DNA of 64,000 nucleotides from Microcoleus sp. (GTDB taxonomy: Bacteria > Cyanobacteriota > Cyanobacteriia > Cyanobacteriales > Microcoleaceae): positions 4,704,001-4,768,000 of the forward strand of contig CP181291.1 in assembly GCA_052279835.1 (NCBI GenBank), given 5' to 3'. Below are positions 40,367 to 51,300 of the stretch, one piece after another. Position 1 is the first letter of the stretch, and each line of letters opens with the position of its first letter. The position numbers were made by a program, and so were the translations under genes. Under the pieces are notes generated by a model. The model was not told the origin of the DNA. It searched no databases and saw only the letters and a program-made list of their open reading frames with translations.

Positions 40367-43153
40367 CTATCGACTACTTTGATTTAAGATTGTTTCAATT
40401 TGATTTTGTGCTTGTTCGAGTTCCCGACGTTTCTCAGCCAGCCAAAGTTTTTCAGCTTCGCATTCTTTTAGGGTTGCGCGATCGCGCTTTTCCTGCTGTT
40501 CTAATAAATTTTCCCACAGAGAGATCGCTTTTGACATCGCACCGCTACTTATCTCAACTCTTTTTTCAAATACTTCAATAATTCTTTCGTATATCTTATC
40601 AAAAATCGACTGCGAAGATTCATCAAACTTCTTAAACCCTAACTCACAAACTTTTTGCTTAATCTGGTTATGAATTCCATCAACATCTAGCATTCCCAAT
40701 CCAAATGCGCCACCCCCACTAGCAGCTAAGGCACCCAAAATAACTGGAATAATACCAAGTCCTGTGAAAAACAGCAATCCCGTCGCTACTAATCCACCAA
40801 GACCTAAACCGCCAAGATAACCTCCAGGACCTCCAATATCTGAGTCGAACGATGAAGCGATACCGCTTCCACCGATGCCAAACCCGCCCAGATTACCTGC
40901 GATCGCCACATTATTAAACTGACTGACAAGGTTACTACTCAGTTGCTTATCAAGCTTTTGAAACTCCTGCCAAATTGCAGAAATATCTTCATTAATTTGA
41001 CTGTTTAAATCTCCTATATTCTGTTGTAAAATAGACTGTACTTTTTGAGTAGCCCAATCTTCTATTTCTTGGGTGATATCTTCCCCAAATTGATCTAAAT
41101 AATCTTTAGTCAACTCTTTTTGACTCCAGATATGCGAATGATCAGAAGTCCAGAGAGCGCTTTTTGCAATCAGGCGTTCTCCCAATCCTTCCACCCATTC
41201 AGTCCAAGATTCAACAACTTCTTCTACAGATTGCTCCCTCAGTTGATCCGCTAAAAGTTTGATTTTCACATCGCGGCCGCTTGCTTCCGCCATCAGTTCA
41301 AATATTTTCAATTTATCTCCTGGAGAAACTGTCAATTTTCCTTCTACGATTTTCCTCTCTTGAGTCAATTCATCGCAGCCAGTGTCAATGATTTGCTTCA
41401 TTCCGGCGGCAGATTGCTGAAGTGCGATCGCGCCCCGTTCAACTGTCAAAAACTGTTCGAGAGATTTGGTAAAATCCTGAAAAGATTTCACATACTCATT
41501 TTCCGTCCCATCCAAAATAGCCTCAAGTGCAGATTGAGCCGAAATCAAATGAATCCGGTTTTCACCAGCAATCAAATTTTGACTCTTCACAATCGTTTCT
41601 ACCCTTTGTCTTACCTGCTTGCGGCTTTCTTCCCGACGCAGCAAATCGGCAAAATTAACTAAAACAAAAATACTCTTCCCAGCTTCGCCATCTTTACCCT
41701 GATTCAACTCTTTTTTCAAATACAAAAGCAGTTCCCGTTCTTTTTCTGTCAAAGCATTTTGAGCGTGAGTCAAGAAAATCACCGCATCAGTTGTTTTGAG
41801 AACTTGTTGGGTAACTAACGTGCGTTCCGCTTGTTCGTTCAATCCGGGAGAATCAATAATTTCTACACCATTGGTACACAATTCGAGATTCGGATGCTCG
41901 AAAATGATTTCTTTGATTTCTGAATTGACAATTTCATCTCCAAAAGAACCTAAAGCCGCTTCCTCTGAAATTGAAGCTTTCTCTTTATATTGCTGGGGTG
42001 AAATCTCCTCCTCGCGTCCATTTTTGTATTTGCAGATAACCCGCTGCTGCGGCCCGTATTTCAAAACTGTCACCGTACCGCTACAGGGAATATCCCGCAC
42101 CGGTTGAATTTCCTCGCCCAGCAAAGCATTGAGTAAAGTAGATTTGCCTTTACTAAACTCGCCGACAACAGCAACGCGAAAACATTGAGATTGCAATCTC
42201 TGAGATACTTTCGTTACTTCTGCTGTTAAATTAGGAGATAGCACGTTGCGATCGCATCCATCTCGCAGAGTTAAAAATAGTTGTCCGCAAACAGCATCCA
42301 GTTGTTGCCGATACTCCTTAAACTTTTTCAACTCCTGATAGGATGAAACTGGCTGCTTTCGATTTTTTTGATGCTTCGGTTCTGTTGGTAAATCTGCAAT
42401 AATCTGAACTGAATCCAGTTGATTTATTTCCTGTTTAAGTTCTGTTGGTAAATCTGCAATAATCTGAACTGAATCCAGTTGATTTTTTTCCTGTTCAAAT
42501 TCTGTTGGTAAATCTGCAATAATCTTAACTGAATCCAGTTGATTTTTTTGATGCTTCGGTTTTGCTCGCAAATGTTCGATAATATGACTAGCAGCACGGA
42601 CAAACATAGAATCGAGAGATTGAAATCCTGCTGGATCGAGTAACGACTGAACTTCTGCTAAAGCTGCTGTATCCCTTATTGCCTGACTGCTAAAACTCGC
42701 TTCCAAAACAGTCAAAAATCGCGCATCAACTCCGACTCGATCGGCAATGAGGGTCAAATACTGTTTTTCGCGATCGTGCATGGTTCCATCTGCGGCCGAC
42801 ATCTGATAGCCAAAACTAATTAGCAGCAGTCTTTCCTCCTCAGAAAAACACGCTGTCAGCGCCAGCAACTCCGGCAATTTCTTGTAAATTTTATGTTCCC
42901 GCACGCCCTTAACCATCAGCATCGCCAATTGTCGCAAACTGTTGTTAGCGGGGATAAGTTCCGTCAAAGTTGTCCGCAAGTGCTGGATTTCCTCAGCGTC
43001 AACCGTACCATCAGCATAGATGACTCCCAGCAACACCGTCACTAGCCCCGGCAGAAAGAGGATCGGGGGAGTCATATCCTCCCTACGAAGTCTTTGCCCT
43101 GTCAGCAGCGAAACAAGCTCAACCGTTTGCGAACTAATTAGCGAAGTGTTCAT
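40367..43153 (-). CDS. TerB-domain / bacterial dynamin-like GTPase fusion
   Basis: ADGTVDAEE and ADGTMHDRE (TerB); GEFSKGKST, DSPGL, NFAD; C-terminal Gly-rich hydrophobic segment. Confidence 0.85.
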   Translation of the reverse strand: MNTSLISSQTVELVSLLTGQRLRREDMTPPILFLPGLVTVLLGVIYADGTVDAEEIQHLRTTLTELIPANNSLRQLAMLMVKGVREHKIYKKLPELLALTACFSEEERLLLISFGYQMSAADGTMHDREKQYLTLIADRVGVDARFLTVLEASFSSQAIRDTAALAEVQSLLDPAGFQSLDSMFVRAASHIIEHLRAKPKHQKNQLDSVKIIADLPTEFEQEKNQLDSVQIIADLPTELKQEINQLDSVQIIADLPTEPKHQKNRKQPVSSYQELKKFKEYRQQLDAVCGQLFLTLRDGCDRNVLSPNLTAEVTKVSQRLQSQCFRVAVVGEFSKGKSTLLNALLGEEIQPVRDIPCSGTVTVLKYGPQQRVICKYKNGREEEISPQQYKEKASISEEAALGSFGDEIVNSEIKEIIFEHPNLELCTNGVEIIDSPGLNEQAERTLVTQQVLKTTDAVIFLTHAQNALTEKERELLLYLKKELNQGKDGEAGKSIFVLVNFADLLRREESRKQVRQRVETIVKSQNLIAGENRIHLISAQSALEAILDGTENEYVKSFQDFTKSLEQFLTVERGAIALQQSAAGMKQIIDTGCDELTQERKIVEGKLTVSPGDKLKIFELMAEASGRDVKIKLLADQLREQSVEEVVESWTEWVEGLGERLIAKSALWTSDHSHIWSQKELTKDYLDQFGEDITQEIEDWATQKVQSILQQNIGDLNSQINEDISAIWQEFQKLDKQLSSNLVSQFNNVAIAGNLGGFGIGGSGIASSFDSDIGGPGGYLGGLGLGGLVATGLLFFTGLGIIPVILGALAASGGGAFGLGMLDVDGIHNQIKQKVCELGFKKFDESSQSIFDKIYERIIEVFEKRVEISSGAMSKAISLWENLLEQQEKRDRATLKECEAEKLWLAEKRRELEQAQNQIETILNQSSR
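42361..42561. repeat. 60-bp x3.3 in-frame tandem repeat in the TerB-dynamin linker
   Basis: NQLDSV(K/Q)IIADLPTE repeated three times. Confidence 0.92.
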
Positions 43154-43235
43154 TTGTCGCGCCTACTGATAGTTTTTTTTTATTTAAACTATCATAATAG
43201 ATAAGTTATTCTTGGGTATGCTACCAGGGTAAAAA

Positions 43236-44528
43236 TTGATGATGAACTTTGTATTTCCCCCGGCGGTACAGGCTGCGATCGAGGCTGGCAAGTACGCACA
43301 AGTGTTTACATCGGCTGGAGTGCCGATCGGCATAGCGAGAGATGCAGCGACGGGACAGTTTGCCGCCCAGGCCGTTGGCGCGGTTGTCAACAATAGCCCT
43401 CTCTCCCCCTTAGTGTCTCCCGTACAGCTTGCAATGGGCGGCTTGCAGATGTACCAAAATCACATGGGCTTTCAAGCCGTCCAAGCCAGTTTGGGGGTGC
43501 TGCAAGCGACTACAGCCGTCATTGGTGTGGGAGTTGTGGCTGGGGTAGCTTTGTCAGCGGTGAATTTGCACCAGACATTGAAACTAAAAAAAGCGGTAGA
43601 AAGGCTCGAAGTTAAAGTAGAAAATGGTTTCATCAATTTAGAACAACTTGTTAAAGGCCAAGGCGCGGAAATTAAGCAATTAATTGCCGAAGTGGTTGCA
43701 GATATAAAATTTGACAACCATCGCCTAGTGTTAGTGCGGGCTTACGGGTTATTTAATCAAGCAATTCAACGAATGCGATCGGCTTTGCAACTGGAAGATA
43801 TCAACCGCCGCAATGCTGAAATTGATGCAGCGCGCGGGATGCTGTTTGAAGCTTTAGCCGATTACAGAAACCCGCAGTTGTTGTCAGAAACTTGTGCGGC
43901 GGGACAGTTGCGCCGGTTAGAGTGCAGTTGGACGATCGAACAAAGTATTATCGCGACTTATCAGGTGCAAAATGAGTTTGGTGCTGCGGGCGATCGCATT
44001 TCTCAGCTTCAACAACAAATCCGTCAAGACGGCCTCGGTATTATACAATGCTGCGACTCTGACGACGAGCTAGATTTTCTGTTTCCTGAAATCACGCGCA
44101 TTCACAATCACGATTTAGTTGTATTAGAGACTTGGCAAAATCAGATTGACTGGATGAAAGCTTTGCCGCCAAGTGAATTAAAACAGTTACAAAGTGCTGA
44201 TTTAAGTAAATCTGACTCGGCTGTTAAGGTGGAGAAAAACTCAGCCGCGACAGCTTTAGCGATACCAGACGAACAGTTATTTTATGAAAATTTGCGGCCG
44301 AAGTCTCATTTTTATGCGCTTCGCACTCAATTGGAACTGATGCTCGATCGGCAGAGACGTGAAGAGTATGAAGGTTATATCATTGAACAAGGGGAACTAG
44401 CGGGTCATAAAAGTTTAGTATTGTCGAATTTGGAGAAAGCATCAGATTTGGCTGTTGCTAATCTCTTTTACTATTTCAGAGTCTGGGATGAATCGGAAGA
44501 CGAATTAGAATTAGCGAACACCCCATAA
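43236..44528 (+). CDS. Hypothetical protein with hydrophobic hairpin and helical body, divergent from the dynamin
   Basis: 430-aa ORF; TAVIGVGVVAGVALSAV segment. Confidence 0.7.
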   Translation: MMMNFVFPPAVQAAIEAGKYAQVFTSAGVPIGIARDAATGQFAAQAVGAVVNNSPLSPLVSPVQLAMGGLQMYQNHMGFQAVQASLGVLQATTAVIGVGVVAGVALSAVNLHQTLKLKKAVERLEVKVENGFINLEQLVKGQGAEIKQLIAEVVADIKFDNHRLVLVRAYGLFNQAIQRMRSALQLEDINRRNAEIDAARGMLFEALADYRNPQLLSETCAAGQLRRLECSWTIEQSIIATYQVQNEFGAAGDRISQLQQQIRQDGLGIIQCCDSDDELDFLFPEITRIHNHDLVVLETWQNQIDWMKALPPSELKQLQSADLSKSDSAVKVEKNSAATALAIPDEQLFYENLRPKSHFYALRTQLELMLDRQRREEYEGYIIEQGELAGHKSLVLSNLEKASDLAVANLFYYFRVWDESEDELELANTP

Positions 44529-44714
44529 AAGGGGTAGAATTCACCTGACGGCATCATTGTCACCATCCTGTAGGCAGGGCTGTTTCATTCTCCAAAAAAC
44601 CAGGATTTTGTAGGGGTAGTGCCCCCGTGCCCATTGGTGTCAACTTAAGCCTGAAAGCCCTGAGAAATCTGGTTTTTACCTGAGTCTAGATCCCCCTAAA
44701 TCCCCCTTAAGAAG

Positions 44715-46146
44715 CTATGCCTTACTCACATCTTTCTTAACAAAATCAGGCTTGACATCTGGGGGGGAATGGGTAGAAACTAATTTCCATGTAGCAGCAA
44801 TGTCATGCAAACGTTGCCATCCTCGCCAAAGGGTCTTGACACCCGGTTCACCATCTCCTTTACGCCCCAAAAATCCACGCCCGTTTCGCAATCCAACGAA
44901 TACAATTACTTAAAGTTGGGGGTGATTCAGTAGGGATAGGAGTCGAGTGAATTGTGCAGTAAAGTGCTTGCCACTCATGGGTTTCCAGAATGGTGTCCCC
45001 TCCAATCTCAGGATGATGACGAGATTCGTAAATCATCCATAATAAGCGCCAGGCCACAATTGTGTAGGTAGATAAAGCCCGTTCGATGCGCGAGGCAGTT
45101 TCCAATTGTAGCTGTTCTAAACCGCAGCCACTTTTAAGAACGTAATGATAGCGTTCGATTAACCAACGGTAACTGTACCAACGTAAGCATTGGACAATAT
45201 CATCAAAACCAGTAATCGGCAAGGTGGTTAATAACAACCAGCTCACAGGCTTCTCTGTGGTTGGCGGGTTTGCTTCATTAGCCAGAATTACTTGCACTCG
45301 CAGTGGCTGTAAATTCTGGTGCTGAGGGTGGCTTTGAGGAGGTAAAATTTCGACCGTTGTAGCCTGCAGGTTCAGAGTTGCTTTACGAGCTGCTCGCTGC
45401 GGATTAGCTCGCAATTCCAAGTCCAGTTGTCCCGCGATCGGTACTTTGGCGATCGCACTTTGTAGTCGCTCTACTTCTAGAGTCCCATCAGAGTTCTTGA
45501 CTTGACGGTTGTGATAGGCGCGAATTAACAACTGAGAATTCTCTGGTCTTTCAGTCGCTAAAAAGTCATAGATGTCGGCTTCGCGATCGGCTACCGTTAG
45601 TACAGTAATCGACTCTGGCATCACTTTCTGGGTCTCTTCTAAAGCTGTTAACCAACGCTGGCTTTCTTTGTCTTTGGTTTCTGTTTGATTCCGAGAACGC
45701 TTCTTACCTATAGTGGTAGGGTCTCGCGCCCAGACTTGTTGGTGCAATACTCCCAAGGGTACTCCAACAGCCGAGCTACAAAATACTGAGTGAACTTTCA
45801 GACCCCGACTGGTGGCACTATCCAAGTGTCCCATCCCTTTCTTGTTCTTATGGTGGGTGAAATTCAGTTCTGTGGTGTCCTGAATCGCCAGAACTATTGG
45901 GTGTACTTTGATTCGTTCCAAGGTACTTTTTTGGTGAGCTTGCCTAATCGCATCTGAGGAGACTCTTGGAGATGACCAAAAGTCATAAGCCCCTTGAGTA
46001 GCAGCCCAGTCCCCTGATGCTTGTGGCACGCTGGCATGGGGTTGTGAGGCTAAGTCTGACACAATTCTCGCCAGTCGTTTCACGCGACGCCGATCGCCCA
46101 AACAAGCGAATTTTAGTTCTGCTAGAGCCCATTGTGCCGTCATCAT
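44715..46146 (-). pseudogene. IS4 transposase with +1 frameshift near 44880
   Basis: IQDTTEL, ADREADIY, YSYRWLIERYHYVLKSG; the GFLGRKGDGEPGVKTLWRG tail lies in another frame and stops inside the TIR. Confidence 0.85.
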
Positions 46147-46289
46147 TCCTCGCTCGCCTCCATTACGTCATTTGAGGATTACTTGATTCACTTCCTGGTT
46201 GTCAAGCTCACGCTTCGGGCGATCGCCTTACAAACCGCTCCGGCTCAAGCCGGAGCGACTTTGTTAAGAAAGATGTGAGTAAGGCATAG
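44715..46289 (-). mobile_element. IS4-family (IS50/Tn5-like) insertion sequence
   Basis: TIR CTATGCCTTACTCACATCTTTCTTAACAAA; 9-bp duplication CTTAAGAAG. Confidence 0.93.
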
Positions 46290-46498
46290 CTTAAGAAGGG
46301 GGACTTTGATCGGACTCCTGTCCCCCCCGAATGTAGGGGCGGTGCCCCCGTGCCCGCCCTCTTGGCTAGGGGGATCTGGCCTTAATCGTCAAACAGTAGT
46401 CTCTGAAGGGGTTTGACGTTAAGTTGACACCTATGCCCCGTGCCTACCCCCGCCACTGGTGCAAGATATTAAGTCCTGCTTTTTTAGTTTCCGTCTCT

Positions 46499-47194
46499 AT
46501 GGATGAACAACTGTATCGACTGATTGCACAGGCGTGCCAGCACCCCTTGAAAAGCTCGAAAAGGCGAAAGGCGATGAATCTGCTGCTAGTTGAAATTCAA
46601 CAACTACCGGGATTAGCTAAATCGTCTCACCCAGACTATTTAGATGCTTTGAATCGTACCTTTGAATGGATAAACCGACAACTATGTCAAGGCTTCGATC
46701 GCGATCGACCTTTGATTCAAAAGCGCTTGCTGCAATGGGTCAACAGTTACCTCGGCTGGCGACTTAAAGATTTATACTCACAAAAAAAGGGCGATCGCAG
46801 TTTAGACGCACCTATTACAGACAGTCAAACCGAAACTTCCCTGCTGGAACTTCTAGCAACAACAAATTTTGAGATTCCCACGCGCAGCGGACTTGATGCT
46901 TATATCGAACAAATAGAACGAGAACAACAACAGCAAGTTGGTCTAAAATTGGAACAGTACGTTGAGGAAGATATTGATGAAAAACTGCGGAATTGCCATC
47001 CTCAAACCTATCCAACTTGTAACTGTCAGTTACTCAGTTCCAGAGTGCTGCTAAAAAACCCGCCAGATAAATTTAGCGCGATCGCCAGAGAACATAATAT
47101 CAACTATCAAACTCTAAAATCTCATTGGGAAAGGAACTGTCGCCCCTTACTCCAGGCGATCGCTCTAGAGCTAGGATACAAAAGAGAGGTTTGA
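46499..47194 (+). CDS. Cyanobacterial sigma-70/HetZ-like HTH protein
   Basis: Region-2-like LLQWVNSYLGWRLKD, SLDAPI, C-terminal HTH FSAIAREHNINYQTLKSHWERNC; directly upstream of DUF1822. Confidence 0.65.
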   Translation: MDEQLYRLIAQACQHPLKSSKRRKAMNLLLVEIQQLPGLAKSSHPDYLDALNRTFEWINRQLCQGFDRDRPLIQKRLLQWVNSYLGWRLKDLYSQKKGDRSLDAPITDSQTETSLLELLATTNFEIPTRSGLDAYIEQIEREQQQQVGLKLEQYVEEDIDEKLRNCHPQTYPTCNCQLLSSRVLLKNPPDKFSAIAREHNINYQTLKSHWERNCRPLLQAIALELGYKREV

Positions 47195-47197
47195 ACA

Positions 47198-47974
47198 ATG
47201 AACAGCACAGAAGCCCCCCGATTGACAGTTCCCCTCGGTACCGAAGCTCACCGTCTGGCGAAGCAATTAGCAACAGAAACCCTGTCACTCGCTCCCGCAT
47301 CAACCAAGCGGGAAGTGGCCAAGCGAGTTTACCTCAATACATTAGCTGTTTATGCCGTTTACAGTTACTTGAAGTGGCAAGCCTACGAGCCCCAGCTAGA
47401 GCAAGGGGATAGCTGGCAGCCTATAATTTGTGCTCGATGGGATGTCGCCGATTTGGTACTCCCAGGAATCGGTAAATTGGAGTGCCGTCCTCTGTGGTTC
47501 GGGGAAAGTGCGATCGCTCTTCCCCTAGAAGCAACAGAAGAGCGCATTGGCTATGTAGCCGTTCAGTTTGAGGAACAATTAAACTCAGCAAAACTGTTAG
47601 GATTTGTACCATCAGTGGAGGCTTTAGAAATACAAATCGCTAATCTTCAAACCCTCGATGATTTCGTAGATTATTTAGAGCGACTGGAGTTGGCAAATAG
47701 TTTCTTGCTGAGTGCCGATCCAGTAGCAGTGCAAGTGAGAGATGTACTCAACACTCGATCGATAGCCGAGATTATTGCCCAACTAGAACAGATTTATGGC
47801 AACGAACCGGAAGATGAAAGAGCCTATGCTGTTAAAGATGTTTTTACTGGTGAGGGAATTTATGCAGGCAGCGATCGGGAATTGGGGGAAAATGTTGATG
47901 AGGGCGATCGGGAAATCGAGTTACTAGAACTAGCTGAAGAATTGCTCGAAAAATTAAGAGAGATTTGGAGTTAA
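47198..47974 (+). CDS. DUF1822 family protein
   Basis: VYLNTLAVYAV, ADLVLPGIGKLECRP, RIGYVAVQF, LLGF. Confidence 0.85.
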   Translation: MNSTEAPRLTVPLGTEAHRLAKQLATETLSLAPASTKREVAKRVYLNTLAVYAVYSYLKWQAYEPQLEQGDSWQPIICARWDVADLVLPGIGKLECRPLWFGESAIALPLEATEERIGYVAVQFEEQLNSAKLLGFVPSVEALEIQIANLQTLDDFVDYLERLELANSFLLSADPVAVQVRDVLNTRSIAEIIAQLEQIYGNEPEDERAYAVKDVFTGEGIYAGSDRELGENVDEGDREIELLELAEELLEKLREIWS

Positions 47975-48332
47975 TATCATGTCCTGTTAAATAGATATAA
48001 TTCCTGTAGGGGCGGGTTCGCCAACAGTCTCAAATACAAATAATAAATCTCATAAACCCGCCCCGATCGAGATATTATATCAATTCCGGTTGTATCGGAA
48101 TGATTTAACCGCGAAGGCGCAAAGGACGACCCCCCCCTGCCCCCCCCAAGGGGGGAAAGAGGAAGAGAAGAGAGAGTTTAATAATTCCGATGCTAACGGA
48201 TTTTATATTACAAGTGGGGGAGGGCGGGTTTATTTAACTTATCTGCAAGCTTTGAGATGGTTGGCGAACCCGCCCCTACAGGTTAATTGAGAATACTAGA
48301 AAGCAGGCAATTTGGAACAGAGGCGATCGGCG

Positions 48333-51300
48333 ATGAGCGCTAAAAAAATTGATGAACAGCGACAACAAGCTTATTTCGATTTTCTAATGAAATTGCTGCT
48401 GGTAGCGGCAAAAAGTGAAGGAAATAATAAGCTGTTTTACCCCTTATTTCTAGAAAATATAGAGCTATTAAATGAAGAATTTGCTCTCTATTTACGAATT
48501 AAAGTCAACGAGTTTTATAAGGAATATGAATTTCAACAGTGTTTAACATTAGCAGCAATTCTTACTCTAATATCCGAAGCAATTCAAAAATTCCCTCAAG
48601 GCTCCAAGGCGAATAATTTAGAAATTGCGATCGCCGGTTACGAAGCAGCCTTACCAATTTTAAGCCATCATGAAAATCCGATCGTCTGGGCTGCTGCTCA
48701 GAATAATTTAGCTGCTGCTTACACAGCCCGAATTCGGGGATCTCGCGCTTTTAACATAGAGCGTGCTATTCAATCTTATCAAAATACCTTACAAGTCCGC
48801 ACTCGTATTAATTTACCCGCAGATTGGGCCCGAACCCAAATGAATTTGGGAAATGCTTATTTAAATCGGATCGAAGGCGATCGCGCCGACAATATCGAGC
48901 AGTGTATCGAGTATTATAAAGCTGCCTTGCTGGTTTTTTCTCCAGAGGCATTTCCCGTACAGTGGGCGGATATACAAAATAATCTGGGTCTTGCTTATAA
49001 AGAGCGAATTTATGGTAATGCCTCTGACAACATAGAGCAAGCAATTCAATGTTATCTAGCAGCACTGCAAATCTTTACTTACGAGGCATTTCCCGAACAG
49101 TGGGCGAAAGCGTCTAGCAACTTAGCAATTGCCTATCAAGAGCGAAGTCAGGGAGAACCCGCAGACAATATAGAACGATCGATTGCTATCTTACAATCTA
49201 CTTTACAAGTAAATACCCGCGAAGCTTTCCCCTATAAGTGGGCAAATACTCAAGTGAATTTAGGGGCTGCTTACTTTCGGAGAATTCAGGGTAAACAGGC
49301 TCACAACATCGAGTTAGCAATTACTTGCTATGAAGCATCTCTACAAGTTCTAACCAAACAGGAGTCTCCTCAGCTATGGGCCGGTATTCAAAACAATTTA
49401 GGTGCTGCTTACAGTCAACGCATTAAAGGAGAGAAAGCTGACTATTTAGAGCAAGCGATTCACTGCTACAAAGCAGCTTTAGAAATCAGGACTGTTTCAG
49501 CATTACCGATCGACTGGGCCCAAACTCAAGATAATTTAGGTAGTGCTTACCTAAGACGCATTATAGGCGATCGTGCAGACAATTTGGAACAGGCAATTCA
49601 ACACTACCAAGCTGTTTTACAGGTTCGGACTCATCAAGCATTGCCTCAACTGTGGGCGCAAACTCAAAATAATCTGGGAAATACTTATCTTGACAGAATT
49701 CGGGGCGATCGAGCCGAAAATATCGATCGAGCAATTACTTGCTACCAAGCTGCATTGCAAGTTTATTCTCGCGAGAGAACACCTCAGTCTTGGGCAGATA
49801 CGCAAATGAATTTAGGCAATGCTTATTGTAACAGAATTTTGGGCGATACAGCCACCAATATAGAGCGGGGAATTCAATGCTATCAAGCAGCATTATCAGT
49901 CTACACCCGCGAAACACATCCTTTAAATTGGGCTAAAATCCAACAAAATTTGGGCAATGCTTATCGGGACAGAAATGCGGGCGATCGAGCCGAGAACTTA
50001 GAGCAAGCTATTCGCTCTTGTGAAGCAACTTTGCAAGTCTACAGTCAAGAATTAGATCCATATTACTGGGCTAATGCACAAGTAAATTTGGGAAATGCTT
50101 ATGCACATCGAGTGAAGGGAGTGCGGGAAGAAAACTTGAAAGCAGCCATCGATTGCTATCATAAAGCTTTACAAGTAAATACTCGCGAAGCTTTACCGGA
50201 AGATTGGGCCATGACTGTGACCAATTTGGGAGCGGCTTATGAAAAGCTAGGAGAAACTGAAAAAGCGATCGCTCATTTTAATTTAGCTTTGGAAATTTAC
50301 ACTCCCGCAGCCTTTCCCCGCGATTGTTTGCGAGTAGGAAGAAACCTCGGCAATATTGCTTTTATAACTCAACAGTGGGATAAAGCTATTGAAGCTAACA
50401 GTCAAGCTATTGAAGCAGTAGAAACTAGCCGTTCTTGGAGCAGTAGCGAACAGCGGCGGCAGGAAATTTTAGAATCATCTTTTCGGGTATACGCTAATAC
50501 AATACAGGCTTGCGTCAACAATAAACTGTTAGATCAAGCCATTGAATATGTAGAGCGATCGCGCTCCCAACGCCTCGTAGATTTAATCGCAAGCAATGAC
50601 CTTTATCAGGGTGAATCAATTCCTCCTGAAATTCAAACTTATTTGCAGCAGTATGAGACTTTGCAACAACAAATAGACTCTTACCGCTCTCCTCAGCTAT
50701 CTAAGATAGGACTAAGGCCAAAAAAACCCGGTTTCTACGAAAGAGCGTCGATCTATCCGAGAGATATTGACGCAGAAACCGGGTTTTTGGTGCCCGTGCG
50801 TAAGTCCTGTAAGATTGACCAAGAATTCAAAAATGTGAAAATTAGCACTCGTTCCCGTGCTGCTCTGGCTGCTATTAATGAATCGATCGCTCAATTAGAA
50901 GCTCAGAAACAACAAGTTTGGGAACAACTCAGGCGCTTAGATCCCGTATTGGCCGGAGAAATGAAAGTCGCAGCCCCTAATTTAGCTCATATTCAGAAAT
51001 TGATTGATTATCAAACAACAGCTATCCTGAGTTTTTACACAACTTACCAAAATACTCACATCTTTGTCATCAAACGCGATCGAATTACTTGTCATACTTG
51101 TTTAGAGCAAGACAAAGGGTTGCAAGCCTGGATTTTCGAGCGCTGGTTACTTCCCTACGTGCAGCATAAAGCGGAATGGCAAAACTCTCTGCAATCAACT
51201 CTGTCTCAATTAGCAAACTCTCTCGATTTAAAACAACTAATTGAACACCACCTCAGCGGTATTGAAGAACTGATTGTAGTACCTCATCTTTACCTACATT

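Larger units (their letters stand above)
44632..46435. mobile_element. MITE containing an IS4 insertion
   Basis: TIR CATTGGTGTCAACTTAA/TTAAGTTGACACCTATG; exact 9-bp duplication CCCCGTGCC. Confidence 0.85.
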
